Virus record (IMG/VR): IMGVR_UViG_3300018080_005856 | Span: 86,488-150,487 of that record | Direction: 5' to 3' (one strand) | From: a virus | Length of the DNA stretch: 64,000 nt | Shown: piece after piece, positions 38,201 to 47,791 of the stretch | Numbering within the stretch: position 1 is the stretch's first letter | How the letters are laid out: each line of letters starts with the position of its first letter | Program-made: the position numbers and the translations under genes | The notes under the pieces: model-generated | Seen by the model: the letters and a program-made list of their open reading frames with translations, nothing else | Told to the model about the DNA's origin: nothing | Databases searched by the model: none

Positions 38201-40562
38201 AATAAATCAGGGTATGAATGGTGGGAGCCCAAGAAGGAAAGCCGCGGCCATAGCGCTGCTTACGCAGCTGGCTTACATATCACAACGAATATATGGGAGT
38301 TTCATGCTTACTGCCCCCACAGAGTACAGGGCTGAGATTCCTGATGATAAACTAATTCTAATGTCACCAGATATATCAAACGAGGAAATGATACCTAAAG
38401 CTCTAGATTGGTTATCCCCTGAACTCATAAAGAACACGGGATCTGTGTCTGTAGATATAGCAGAAATTCTTGAGAACATTGCAGACGAAAATGAAGAGGA
38501 GGACGAGTTCATACAAAATGGTGTCAGTAACCTAAAGCTCGAAGATGTATCAATATCACCAGACTCATCACCAATACCGAGCTATATAAAGAAAGACGAG
38601 GCCAAGACTGCTTATCTGTTGTCATTAAACCTTGCTGCTGATAGTACAATGAACTTTATGAGAGAATTAGCATTCACAAGGAGCAAGAACCACAGGAAAG
38701 TATCTGATATGCACATTAAGGTGTCGGGTAGAGATATAATAAAGAACGATATAACACTCATGGAGCCATATAACACGGTGAGAATGTCATATCCGAAAGA
38801 GGACCTAAGCGATGACGAGCTCTCAGCTGCAGCACTTTTGGGTGTGAGCGGAGAGGGAAATGAAATCATGGTACCCATTCATTATAAGCTTAAACCATGG
38901 GGAAGGAAGATATACCAGACACATTTTAAGAATGCGAATGTTCTTCCCACAGCACGTACCAGTGCTATATCCACCGCGACTACAAGCGTGTTGGCTAATC
39001 TTATGAAGGAAACATATGGTGGGACAATTACTCTGCTTGGGGACTCCAGAATAATGGAGGGAGATAGGATATTCCTATGGGATGAAAACAGGGATCTATA
39101 CGGGGTAGTTGGAGTAAAATCACATACTTTCATAATGAGTCCAGAATCAGGTTGTATGAGTGTGATAGAACCGGAAATGATTACTAGGAACGATGGAAAG
39201 CTGAAGAGGAACCTGTATGATACTACTGTTACCACACTCAACATAATAACAAAGACACTAGGGACCTTGGTATTAATAGGCGGTTCATACCTGTTGTTCA
39301 GATATGCACGATCAAGATATAGAATGTCAAGTGCTCTACTGGATGTAACAGAACAGTCAGGATTCTGGGTGAGATTGTTAACGGGTATAGGAAGATCCTT
39401 GAGAAATCTAAGAGATAATCTTCCTCTTGCCAAACTCATAGGAAGAGGTTTTACTTCATGGTTCCATACTCTTGATAACGGTAAACTAGCGAAAGGGCTT
39501 TACCGTAGTTACATGAAGACGTCCAGTACACTGAGGGAAATATTCGATCCTAACTTTGTAACAGATACAACAACGGCACTAAGAACTTGGGCAAGAGGGG
39601 TAAGTGAAACATACAAGGATCTCCCTCTAGTTGGATCTATCATAGGCAGTAAACTTACTGATAGAAACCTCAACCGGGTAATAGAAAAGGCTGTAGATAC
39701 TGCCATGGACAGTCTAGTTACATTGAAATCAAGCAAAATGGCAGCCAGCATAGATATACCAACAGGTGAGTCTTTTAGAAGAATAGTAAAAGACAATGTG
39801 ATAAAAGAACTAGACAACTATCTCCTTACTTTACCTACACCAGTTATTATACCTGACAATAGACTCCTCAGAAGTGGACTGGAAACAGCCGTCTCAACAG
39901 TTATCGACTCACGTATAAAGATCTCAAAAGGAACTGCAGTATCTATGGTAGAGGATTTCGATAGCACATTGAGGAACCTTGTAAAGGAAATGGAGGTTGG
40001 AGAGAATACGGTTAGAGAATACGTTAGGAACCTTAACCCGTCTCAATATCCTTCGGGTATCCTAGGCAGAGGACTACACCTAAGAACTGCAAAGGAGAAG
40101 GACTTTATAGTAAAAGCAACAGAGGGAATGATAACTGAAACAAGGAGAATGTGTATATCCGACTCTAAATCTCTGTTATCTATGGTAAAACGGTACGGGG
40201 GAATGCTTACAAAAGTAGCAATAGGCGGGAGTATAGCTTACGAAGCGTTCTCTGCGGCAGCCAGTGCTATAGAACTATACATGTTTATAAGGGAAACAGC
40301 AGACAAAATAGTGTTATCTCCTCTCATGTTCAGAGGAGAACCATTCATGGCTGGCCTAGAAGGTGTTACAAAGCAGGATGGTGAACAAGCAGGTTTTGCT
40401 GGTATAATGGTTTCCAGGTTCACCGATGTTGTAGAGGCCTTTGGAGATAGATTATCATCTCCTGTATTATCAGCTTTGGTAGAACTGGAAAAGATGAAAA
40501 GGGGCACAGTCAGGGATATAGGTGGAGGAAACAGGCCAGGACCTGTAGTAGAGAGAGATTAA
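32280..40562 (+). CDS. Giant baseplate hub-like protein with M23 peptidoglycan endopeptidase and hydrophobic segments
   Basis: M23 motifs HRGLD, YMHL and STGPHLHFE at ~32950-33450. Hub-like C-terminal part (LRPGCKIKIQAG...IFTGRI; YGGTITLLGDSRIMEGDRIFL) and TM-like stretches. Confidence 0.7.
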   Translation: MANKVHITDEDRKAAADVFSAYTGELDEDQYIDPGTIPVTDDMSECQPFIDLVKQLTGESTTDIADLPFDKYTPFDQTRLDHQFRITTVHKDLTAIVPEVDRFKEFYRIAEQFTNESSLIVSAAMDSNIKDITCMPPSYVFSYAAKKIREVITMLQKENIPGLSDLKDYAGRFDRLASDAKHMQAPYPDTSTPAFDPDDYAIRIVADSVTFPLVPRLNETEPTGDFGFMTPERPSHRGLDLKVYTEQAVSNTGKIYYTSSHPVVAIAEGKVIHCTSSNNLAKPCVRFDTDTNHGEDVDGKIFEGRDGGNIVIIWHPDLGKMSAYMHLSEISVKKGNSVLAGDVIGVAGNTGGSTGPHLHFEMRDPSLAKGAAADISSWRKGVPINPWPYIGGGYNGDPTNSEPAIKLEATQGNLKAEDTVEDFREYLNSLTMSPAENPEDQSNVLYAIHRQIMARVTSSVHSVYVNDISGKAEQVTINWMPGTSKAIPIEGQSAPVIQSLGGRNVQVSISLKGISPVEVAKIALMFKVPSTDETIAGMLTLARSGMFGETSIRNSYLQRWYRTDQIESMLRGISGSTQKVHLDEPVIVDNEYLNSMGLKTFHPISMEVKTVPQASEAYDILLTLSYMNLRNRSLESLKKSRHGIQAPVLPVTARVFPEKATGDSGFGLESDYQAYGILSRLSIVNCLAEILPLYIMSRVYRLYKTMSEYTPGSVIDLDGLDIMTKILAPTGIDTAIEKVFSTVRDYDTDVPSFSSAILDASMELANLGTVAALSRYTEKTIEVAKQGTGSNKFSKIVAATLGAVTTLNSVLKYAFGPVGTPEVNRGAETRTLYMNIPSLAPIMIWSLLAEFIDRLSAGKENEFFSEISNDVIDMLNDSYAEPNVRTLRIGGSDEVFVEVKGAIGQEAAGGEYKPLFIGEIKLSMIMGGEHDDSERNTLFGSIDVSEGLGQIWFGSEDAKALRKKLVDEIETMARNPRGNYDTRFLYPAAYGAVEINWLAIDAIRAAALAIGPMLANDNMKPGGDIPDGHMSEFFQTAAELLRDESARNHCSDVLTSVLTYSMADVLANGMIATHGRKAAYAHNDSVLRAFNKMSSLETEDTVVTALQYLGSRIQSHIVKARRVTQSRDMCTQVVSGVFADRSFGGSKDLRKGYCCALGSVLNYMYQVAYAGTETVSSLPPEYNDYTIPAMLQIIDRDRGELMIDELLHRGKSFFAATVGFLPDIIIGAAIALSGPGAVLTTIFYIIRGAMDIWAVWDLVMSIFKENAIEFAFGRGNIFAMSRWCSGRISDAMDQSQLLECCIKSGIWMPAALKPRGDTFDEERTSYRDFPTVHRGGKPLPPDFFVYKVGILSKAYDDMKSYINSAVESTRDRYADLDNDNVEALKTELKQEIDESRELSRARVQDALTRALIDSTPEDKSLKKDYMQAVGKSGDIISYVVYGNRTDAAKKGHICSTKYGSYSSTVSKAGSMLHLDMSDVGVVVKIGSSFTPISKGPELSELITNKGELMQMIVEAANSSPYGKVRENLKSFLQRSIREILDYIAATKALGGQFVYGLDTMPGTIGNLILIKNIVGSNIRAIGKPGLALFKSQMDKVGRDSLRRSSTLQTQYIFPTVKLYFIEEDSENFYLFDDLYSYASIVEVSVHMDKYSPVRTSEIKITNLFGMLNDILSDSKNKEYNFFSGPDENAPLNSVMLRPGCKIKIQAGTTPILDEHDTIFTGRISTIDFNVITTITAVSAGDMFTESLSMDVVKVYGSQANATGGLGTKLIQAPIREGIQSMVGDDYMAPITKLKTVIGYVLYDVVQSTERLTDFSLRPPVEVQDPEISPATSNLMDILKKKLIITQSSSFIESVSGARVDLQENQQLFENIYLDTDVIGSSWFGNLTFIGEGVWVSRDESAWDIMSELNLLLPNHDVLVRPYDTRSTLVWNNDDGYYRFRRCVDLDNILTNALTTKLRIAGRDPRFKLLPLFDVINQGMNGGSPRRKAAAIALLTQLAYISQRIYGSFMLTAPTEYRAEIPDDKLILMSPDISNEEMIPKALDWLSPELIKNTGSVSVDIAEILENIADENEEEDEFIQNGVSNLKLEDVSISPDSSPIPSYIKKDEAKTAYLLSLNLAADSTMNFMRELAFTRSKNHRKVSDMHIKVSGRDIIKNDITLMEPYNTVRMSYPKEDLSDDELSAAALLGVSGEGNEIMVPIHYKLKPWGRKIYQTHFKNANVLPTARTSAISTATTSVLANLMKETYGGTITLLGDSRIMEGDRIFLWDENRDLYGVVGVKSHTFIMSPESGCMSVIEPEMITRNDGKLKRNLYDTTVTTLNIITKTLGTLVLIGGSYLLFRYARSRYRMSSALLDVTEQSGFWVRLLTGIGRSLRNLRDNLPLAKLIGRGFTSWFHTLDNGKLAKGLYRSYMKTSSTLREIFDPNFVTDTTTALRTWARGVSETYKDLPLVGSIIGSKLTDRNLNRVIEKAVDTAMDSLVTLKSSKMAASIDIPTGESFRRIVKDNVIKELDNYLLTLPTPVIIPDNRLLRSGLETAVSTVIDSRIKISKGTAVSMVEDFDSTLRNLVKEMEVGENTVREYVRNLNPSQYPSGILGRGLHLRTAKEKDFIVKATEGMITETRRMCISDSKSLLSMVKRYGGMLTKVAIGGSIAYEAFSAAASAIELYMFIRETADKIVLSPLMFRGEPFMAGLEGVTKQDGEQAGFAGIMVSRFTDVVEAFGDRLSSPVLSALVELEKMKRGTVRDIGGGNRPGPVVERD

Positions 40563-40565
40563 CAT

Positions 40566-41606
40566 ATGGCAGAGAACAAACCTAAAAGTATGGAAGGCCC
40601 TCCCCAGGGTACGTTCAAGACCACTGGAGTATTAGTAGATAGTCCTAGTGGTGAAAGAACCCAGCACAGTGGTTCTCTCATAGATAATACTATAATGGGA
40701 GGTAGCCTGTATGTGAGTCTGATGGTAAAAGACCCATATACTGGCCAAGCTGTAAGATTGGATGGGATAAAGGTGGAGAGAACATTAGGTACTATTGTAT
40801 CGGGTATCCCGGAAGAAGGATTCTTCGAATTAACATGCCCAAGCTACAGTAAGTTCAAGGCCCGGGATCCAGAAGGTATGACTGCTCTCCCGAAGAGCAA
40901 GGCTACTGTAGTACAGAATACAGCACTACCCACCCCTATAAAGGTAAAGGACTCAGTTGATAATTTCTCTTCTACTTCCAACAGCCCAGTGTGCAAGAAG
41001 TTCAATGAGAACGTCAATGTTGCACAAAGACATCTTGGTTTGGTTCATGAAAGAGATGACCTAGAGATAGTACAGGGGCCCGAGAACGGAGCATCTCCTG
41101 GTATGGCAATAAACCAGAGAGCTGGTTCAGTGTACCTATTTGGGAATGACGGAAAACAGAATATGAATATAAGCCCAGGTGGTGGAGTAAAGATGAACGC
41201 AGCTACGGTGGATTCCGGTTCTGCACAGAAAGAACTGACTACAATGAACTATGGTGGCATGCCACAAGTAGAGAATCCAATGAATAACGTTGTACCTCAG
41301 GGTACTATTCTAATGCCACAGCCGCGTACTGTTCCAAACGTACTGAAAATACTCAACATGGTAGCCACTATTGTGGACATGGCAGATCTCATAAAAGCAT
41401 GTTCTGATGCTGTAAAGGCAGTGAAAACTGCACAAGGAGCAGAGGAAGATCAGCTTCTCAACGATATATACAACGATGCGGCAGGGTATAGTTCTTTCGA
41501 AGAACAATTCATGACTGAGGAAGAAAAGGAGATAGCGAATAATCCAAACATGAGCCCTAGTGAGAAAGAGAGCGCTATGAGACGTCTTAAGGAAAGTAGA
41601 AGGTAA
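40566..41606 (+). CDS. Putative baseplate central spike (gpV/gp5-like position)
   Basis: Lies between the hub and wedge genes and has short beta-repeat-like segments (GMAINQRAGSVYLFGNDGKQNMNISPGGGVKMNA). Confidence 0.4.
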   Translation: MAENKPKSMEGPPQGTFKTTGVLVDSPSGERTQHSGSLIDNTIMGGSLYVSLMVKDPYTGQAVRLDGIKVERTLGTIVSGIPEEGFFELTCPSYSKFKARDPEGMTALPKSKATVVQNTALPTPIKVKDSVDNFSSTSNSPVCKKFNENVNVAQRHLGLVHERDDLEIVQGPENGASPGMAINQRAGSVYLFGNDGKQNMNISPGGGVKMNAATVDSGSAQKELTTMNYGGMPQVENPMNNVVPQGTILMPQPRTVPNVLKILNMVATIVDMADLIKACSDAVKAVKTAQGAEEDQLLNDIYNDAAGYSSFEEQFMTEEEKEIANNPNMSPSEKESAMRRLKESRR

Positions 41607-42580
41607 TGAACTACGATATCAAAATAGGCCAGGATGGGAGCCCAATCATAAAGAAGGGGGACTTTCAACCTGTAAACTTCGCTGGATTTGTCTCTCAGAA
41701 GATTTACAAGGCCCTCATGAATATGGATATCTCTGTGGTAAGCGGCATCCAGCTTACAAAGAGGGATGAACTTCAGCAAGCCCTCAGCGGGTATCTTGTA
41801 ACGTATTTCGCTGGAGACATGGCTGTAAACCCGCAAGGGATAACAGTAACAGTTATACCGGTCCCTGGAGATGATAACATAAAGTATACAGTAGAATATG
41901 AAGGTACATCTCCTGACGGGGAGCCCATTGCTATATCCAGTGACTTAATGTACTCAGTGTCTGCTGGTGCTGTTCTGAGTGTAGATTATGAACCAGCATG
42001 GTTGACCACTGCTCCAACAGATGATACGATTAGTGTACAGTTTCCTATTACGATAGAAGCCATAACTACAGATGTGGAGTTACCAATTGCACCATCTTAT
42101 ACAGAAGATTTGACATATGGTATCTTTGGCAAAAGCACAGTAACAAAGCCTATATATCTTCTTACAGAATCACAGCTTACAACCATTAATAATACAATAG
42201 ATACGACATTTTCTATACCGATAAGAACTGGTAGAACAAAATATCAGTTATCATCACATATAACAGACTTCGAAAGGCTTGGTCATATTATAGACTCATA
42301 TAGTTTTACAACCCTAGTATCAGACATAGAGTTCTATGTTAGAGAAGAATACGGTGATATAGTAGTCATAGTGCCGGCTGGCGAAAGTGGTACAATCACC
42401 GGGAATGTTACACTGAGAAAAGCAGCTCAGGTTACCACTAAGTATAGGGTACGTGAAACACTAGTTGCCGGGAAAGCATTCCCATTGAGGAGACATTCCG
42501 GTAAGTACTATGCCATATTTCCTAGAAGCATTCAACTAGGTGATTACTATATTAAATATACAGCTTTAGCGGAGGGATAA
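41606..42580 (+). CDS. Baseplate wedge protein, gp25/gpW-like N-terminus
   Basis: Starts MNYDIKIGQDGSPIIKKGDF... and precedes the baseplate J-like gene. Confidence 0.45.
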   Translation: MNYDIKIGQDGSPIIKKGDFQPVNFAGFVSQKIYKALMNMDISVVSGIQLTKRDELQQALSGYLVTYFAGDMAVNPQGITVTVIPVPGDDNIKYTVEYEGTSPDGEPIAISSDLMYSVSAGAVLSVDYEPAWLTTAPTDDTISVQFPITIEAITTDVELPIAPSYTEDLTYGIFGKSTVTKPIYLLTESQLTTINNTIDTTFSIPIRTGRTKYQLSSHITDFERLGHIIDSYSFTTLVSDIEFYVREEYGDIVVIVPAGESGTITGNVTLRKAAQVTTKYRVRETLVAGKAFPLRRHSGKYYAIFPRSIQLGDYYIKYTALAEG

Positions 42581-42582
42581 CA

Positions 42583-43731
42583 ATGGCTCTCGTTACATAT
42601 GGAAGAGTTAATAATATTTCATCATCACTTCAAACTGTACTAAATAGTACAGGATATAGTGATGTGACTGGATCACCGTTCCTTGGTAGTATAGTTGGAG
42701 CCATACAAAATGCTCTGAGAACCGAGTATGGGAAGCTATATGATATAGCTGATAACGTAGACATAGGAAGGGCAAAGGGGAAATATCTAGACAGATGGGG
42801 AAGATTCCATAGTGAGGATAGACAGGTTATGAGTAGTGCAAAGGACTTGTCTCTAACAAACTGCAGTGTGTACCTGGATCCAGAGGTCACAGCAGGGGAG
42901 ATAACTTCTCTGGGTGATGGTATTACCCTGACAGATCTCGTGCTAACAAACAATGATGAGTCACTTGCATTCGAATGTATAGATCAGGTATATATACGGC
43001 CCAACCGCAGTGAAGCATTTGTAAGGGTAATATGTACTACTCCCGGGGCAATTGATATAGCAGCAGGAGAACTTACAAAAGTAAGTATGTCACTATCAGA
43101 TTTGGAAAATGTACTTCCCTCTGCCATGGCAACATATTCACTCAAGTGCAGAAACCACTATGCTATATCCAGTGGCACTGAAATGGCGTCAGAAGAGGAC
43201 TATAGATATGTTATCATGAGAAAGAGCGAATCTGTGGGCCTATTCAATGAGGCTAAAGTTTACTCGGCTATGGATGCCACAGATGTTGTCAAAATAGCCA
43301 TACATGAGTATCGTGGAGGTGCCAACGTATATTTGGAAACCCAGAACATGCAAAACGTGGACTCAGTTATAGCAGTTGTAAGAACTGCACTAAAACAATA
43401 CAGAAGTCTAGGGGCATGTGTAAATGTTTACTCACCTGTAGTAAGATATCTTCTTCCCACCATAAAACTATCTCTACGGAACGAAGACTTGCTGAGTACA
43501 ACACAGACTCAGTTCGCCTCCGACTTTACTACCGCAGTAAATTCCCTCGAGATGGGGTCTGTGGTCAATATAAATGATATCATAGACACAGTTATGGCAG
43601 GAATTCCAAATATTCTTTCCTCCAGGATAGTCAAAGCCACATATGGCGGAAGGACACTTGCCAAATATAATATAGGACAGTCTTTCAATGAGAAAGTACT
43701 CACGTCTACCGATAGGCTAACTATAACATGA
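42583..43731 (+). CDS. Baseplate J-like wedge protein
   Basis: Motifs DIGRAKGKYLDRWG, VICTTPG and AISSGTEMASEEDYR are typical of gpJ/gp6. Confidence 0.75.
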   Translation: MALVTYGRVNNISSSLQTVLNSTGYSDVTGSPFLGSIVGAIQNALRTEYGKLYDIADNVDIGRAKGKYLDRWGRFHSEDRQVMSSAKDLSLTNCSVYLDPEVTAGEITSLGDGITLTDLVLTNNDESLAFECIDQVYIRPNRSEAFVRVICTTPGAIDIAAGELTKVSMSLSDLENVLPSAMATYSLKCRNHYAISSGTEMASEEDYRYVIMRKSESVGLFNEAKVYSAMDATDVVKIAIHEYRGGANVYLETQNMQNVDSVIAVVRTALKQYRSLGACVNVYSPVVRYLLPTIKLSLRNEDLLSTTQTQFASDFTTAVNSLEMGSVVNINDIIDTVMAGIPNILSSRIVKATYGGRTLAKYNIGQSFNEKVLTSTDRLTIT

Positions 43732-45941
43732 GAAGACAGACTCCTGATTTAACATACAAAGATAGAACTGCTTCTATCGTAGAGGATCACTTTGACCTAT
43801 GGCAACTTACAAGAAGAGACCCTAGGGACGGAACACATCGTCTAGTAAACACAATAGTTTCACTGATTGAAGAACTGGACGTAGAGGCGGATTATATCGA
43901 AAGAATGTTCATACCGGACAGGATGGATCTATCGGAACCATGGGTAATGTACCACTCGTATCCCGAGTATCCTATGGCTGACCTATATATATCTGGTCAA
44001 ATAGCTTCTGGTACTGTCAGTTTGGTTACATCGATAGATGATTTCCTAGCGGGCGATATAGATGAGCTTGATCATGAGTTCACTATATCGGGTACACCAT
44101 ACGCTGAGAGCATTTTGGCTATCAGCATGGATCAGATCTTTCTTCTGGGTAGTGGAATAATAACAGAATACGATTTACAAGATCAGGAATATGTTTCGTC
44201 AGGAGAAGTAGACTATACCATAGAAGTAATCAGGACCTTCTACGCAGATAAGGATCATCCAGTATTCCCAATAAGAGAAGACTTCCGGGAGGATTCTCTA
44301 ACAGTAGAAATCAGCGGGCAAGTTGTATCTTACGAGTTGGAGATGGCTGAAGATATGACAGGTTCGTGGAATGATGAGTTCGATGTGAACAAGGATGGAT
44401 ATATAGGCGACTATGAGCGTGGAATAATAGAGGCTTCCATGGGAGTTAGCCAGCAACAGGTTAGCCCAACCGTATGGGAAACATATGACTGGATGGATGT
44501 AAATAAGGATGGAACTATAAGTGAGTCAGACTATAATGCGGTAATGACGTCCGTAACATCAGCAGCCCCAGATGTAACCGGGGTTGTAAAGGTTCCAAGG
44601 AGCGTCATAGGTGCCCTAGAGGTTTCCTATGATAAGAAGTTACCTATATCTAAACACTTATTCAGAAGTGGCAATAGTTATTCCAGGCTAACTGACTTGG
44701 ATACAATATATGATTCCTTCAGCAAGGTTACATATGATACAAAGACCGATGTATATTATGGGATAAACTCAGATGGAACTGAGCTTAGAGTCTTCAAGTA
44801 TGATGCTCTCAACGATTCAATAGTTAATGATTTACTCGTATTAGTAAATAGATGGGACCATGATTGTGTTCTCATAGACCTTGATGCTGTAGACGGTTTT
44901 CTATATGTACTGGCCTCTGACTCAAGCACAACCAAGATGTTCTATGGTAATATATGGGGAGAGGCAACATACAGACTTCCAAACGAGGTAGATATACCAG
45001 ATCTCGACGGGGAAACTCCTATTGCTATGACCAGTATGGAGAATGGGTACTTTGTAATACTTGTTGGTAATACTCTAAAGGTATTCAGTCCTGTTAGAGA
45101 TAAAGCAATAGACTTGGAAGGAGTAGGATATTTCAATAAAAGATATGATCTAGAACTGGAAGACGGAACAAATCTGAAGACTATTCCGAGCTATATATTC
45201 AACAGTTTTGACTCTTTTGCATATTCTGCTATGGGGCTCAGCCGGCCACCAGGCTGTGATAATTTCCAGATGAGAAAACTCATCATGGATTTCTGGCAGC
45301 ATCCTCCCGGGAACGATAAGCTGGGCATGAACTTTGGGATAATGAGAGAACTGGGATTAGTAAACGATGATACAATCGTTAGTGGGACAGTATATCACTT
45401 ACCAGCCGAACTCACGTACTCAGGAGAACCCCCAGACAATTCGTGGGATCTTATCATAAATGACTGTCCTATGTCGGCCATAGAACAATCTGATGGTAGC
45501 TACATGTTAAGTGGTAGTATAGGTACACTCACTCTTATCAATGGTGACGAGTTAATACCCGGGGAAACCGTTACCACAGTATATGACTCATTAGTTATAG
45601 AAGGATACTTTCTAGATGGAAACAACGATGTGAATTATCTTTCACATACTCTTGATATAGACAAAGGAAAGCATACTCCTGATATATCTGTAAGAACATA
45701 TGGAGATATGAACTTCCTAGAGGATGTTGGATACGTTGTAAGTGGAGAACCGATTCAAGAATTCATAGATATTGTGTTTGATGCTGAAGATACAAACCCA
45801 TTTGTCTATGGTAATGCTGTTACAAACCAAACTCCTATGGATAGTAATCGAGTATCAGATGATCCAGTAATGTACACAATATATGACGTTTCTCTATCAG
45901 GATTGTTAACTACTCTTGAAGACGTGGAAGTAGATCTATGA
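43728..45941 (+). CDS. Baseplate protein with dockerin/EF-hand-like Ca-binding pair
   Basis: Follows gpJ. Contains DVNKDGYIGDYE and DVNKDGTISESD (44382-44545). Confidence 0.55.
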   Translation: MRRQTPDLTYKDRTASIVEDHFDLWQLTRRDPRDGTHRLVNTIVSLIEELDVEADYIERMFIPDRMDLSEPWVMYHSYPEYPMADLYISGQIASGTVSLVTSIDDFLAGDIDELDHEFTISGTPYAESILAISMDQIFLLGSGIITEYDLQDQEYVSSGEVDYTIEVIRTFYADKDHPVFPIREDFREDSLTVEISGQVVSYELEMAEDMTGSWNDEFDVNKDGYIGDYERGIIEASMGVSQQQVSPTVWETYDWMDVNKDGTISESDYNAVMTSVTSAAPDVTGVVKVPRSVIGALEVSYDKKLPISKHLFRSGNSYSRLTDLDTIYDSFSKVTYDTKTDVYYGINSDGTELRVFKYDALNDSIVNDLLVLVNRWDHDCVLIDLDAVDGFLYVLASDSSTTKMFYGNIWGEATYRLPNEVDIPDLDGETPIAMTSMENGYFVILVGNTLKVFSPVRDKAIDLEGVGYFNKRYDLELEDGTNLKTIPSYIFNSFDSFAYSAMGLSRPPGCDNFQMRKLIMDFWQHPPGNDKLGMNFGIMRELGLVNDDTIVSGTVYHLPAELTYSGEPPDNSWDLIINDCPMSAIEQSDGSYMLSGSIGTLTLINGDELIPGETVTTVYDSLVIEGYFLDGNNDVNYLSHTLDIDKGKHTPDISVRTYGDMNFLEDVGYVVSGEPIQEFIDIVFDAEDTNPFVYGNAVTNQTPMDSNRVSDDPVMYTIYDVSLSGLLTTLEDVEVDL

Positions 45942-47791
45942 GCAGAGTTCTAAACACATATAAAGAGTTTAACTTCGGAACAGGCGTTGGGCCCCTTGAT
46001 ATGAAAATCATGGGTATAGCTGCAGCCGAGGAGATAGAATATTCAGCTGAGGCTATACTAGGCTCGGGAATACCTGATGCTGATATAGAAGCGGCAATGG
46101 ATATAGCTCTTGGCACTTGTGTTGTAGCTGTACCAGGGTACCTCTATGTTGGAGACAGAGAATTATACTCATACGGGAGAAAGGCAACTCAAATAACCAG
46201 ACCGGTAACAAGTAGTGGGGGAATCAGTGATCCCTATGGTGTAGGGGTAGTATATATACCCTTAATAGATATACCAGATGGTTCAACTTTATTCTATCCT
46301 CCTAGTGAGCAGGACCCTTATGGATCTATGGTAGAAAACACAGGTGCGGCTCCTATATTGGTAAGTGCATACCAGTCTGGAGAGCTTACAGATCTTTTTG
46401 CTATAACCGGGGAGGTTATATATCACGATTATGGTATGGATGGGCAAGAGGGATATACGTATGATATAAGCGGGGAAGTACGTTCAGGGGAAGTATCAGA
46501 ATGGCCAGCATACTTTTCTCCATTGAGCCGGTTTACTGTGTTACCATCATATTGGAGAGAGAATGAGCCAATGCTGGCTCTAGATGAATTCTACTATGAC
46601 TTACAGTATAACTGTATAGTCCTGTATAACAGTGGAGCAGCAGACTACGAGTATATCGTAGAATATGAGGCAGCTAACGAGTCATTCAAGATAACCGATA
46701 TAGACCTGAATCCTCTAGTAACATATCCAGGAAACAGTATTCTATGTATCTCAGCTGATAATGATAATACTGTGTTTAAGGAAGATCCCTCCAGTGTGCA
46801 CTTACATACTATAAACACGGCAGCCAGTGGGGAAAGAACTACTATAACAGCGGAAGTATTGTCTGAAAGGGGAAATAGACTTGATAATGAGTCAGTAAGA
46901 TTTCGCATAAAGAGAAAGGACGTAGGTACACTTTCAGGAGAAGTTATATATAATCTCGATGAATTTGTAGAAGGTGGGCCATGGTTCCTATGCAATAGTG
47001 GTACTATAAGTGGAGTTATCATAGATGAAGTAGAGTTCCCTACTGGGAAAATATACGAGGGAGACGTTCTCATTGCTAACAGCAATAGGATAAATGGAAA
47101 AGCATATGTGAGAAGTGCGGGATATCTTTGCTCAAACGGCGATGCCCCAGATTATGCGTCTGGTGAGATTCCTGACACAGCTGGGTACGAAGTCACAGTA
47201 ACAACTGATATAAATGGCATGGCTTCTGTAGACTACATGTTTCCAACTACCAACTCGTCTAGCTTCGATGTGAGGATAGAAGCGAGTATACCCACTATGA
47301 GTGGAGCCAATAATGGCAGCGGGATCGTGAGTTACGTAGACGTTGTTCTCATGTCTGATGACGAAACAACAATCTACGCTAAAGATATAAACGATTTGTG
47401 GAGGACCCTCGTAGTAGTAAGTGGAGAACCATATTACGAAGGTATTAGCGCATCTGGAGAAGTTTCTGCGGTAGGTAGTATAGCAAGATTACCAATCTCA
47501 TGTACAAGCCCATCGTCAGTGGAAGTAATAACTATGTCTGGGTATGTATCGGCATTGTATAGTAACACAGAACCCAGTTTCTGTAGCCCTATTAGCGTGA
47601 ACAGCGGAATAGTTGAGAATAGTGGCACAATACCGTCAGTGGAAGATGGTGAAGTAGAATATTATACCCAGTATAAGTATATAGAGGTAGAGTATGATAG
47701 CATAGATTTTGACACTGGTATATATATCATGAGGTATTTGGATCATGAAAAGATAACCAGAGGAGATGCAAGGGATACCTATGAGCTATAG
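45938..47791 (+). CDS. Virion structural protein with split Ig-like (Big-1-like) domain; Ser-Gly rich
   Basis: Contains TTITAEVLSERGNRLDNESVRF...VTTDINGMASVDY and many SG(E/I/T) motifs. Confidence 0.5.
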   Translation: MSRVLNTYKEFNFGTGVGPLDMKIMGIAAAEEIEYSAEAILGSGIPDADIEAAMDIALGTCVVAVPGYLYVGDRELYSYGRKATQITRPVTSSGGISDPYGVGVVYIPLIDIPDGSTLFYPPSEQDPYGSMVENTGAAPILVSAYQSGELTDLFAITGEVIYHDYGMDGQEGYTYDISGEVRSGEVSEWPAYFSPLSRFTVLPSYWRENEPMLALDEFYYDLQYNCIVLYNSGAADYEYIVEYEAANESFKITDIDLNPLVTYPGNSILCISADNDNTVFKEDPSSVHLHTINTAASGERTTITAEVLSERGNRLDNESVRFRIKRKDVGTLSGEVIYNLDEFVEGGPWFLCNSGTISGVIIDEVEFPTGKIYEGDVLIANSNRINGKAYVRSAGYLCSNGDAPDYASGEIPDTAGYEVTVTTDINGMASVDYMFPTTNSSSFDVRIEASIPTMSGANNGSGIVSYVDVVLMSDDETTIYAKDINDLWRTLVVVSGEPYYEGISASGEVSAVGSIARLPISCTSPSSVEVITMSGYVSALYSNTEPSFCSPISVNSGIVENSGTIPSVEDGEVEYYTQYKYIEVEYDSIDFDTGIYIMRYLDHEKITRGDARDTYEL

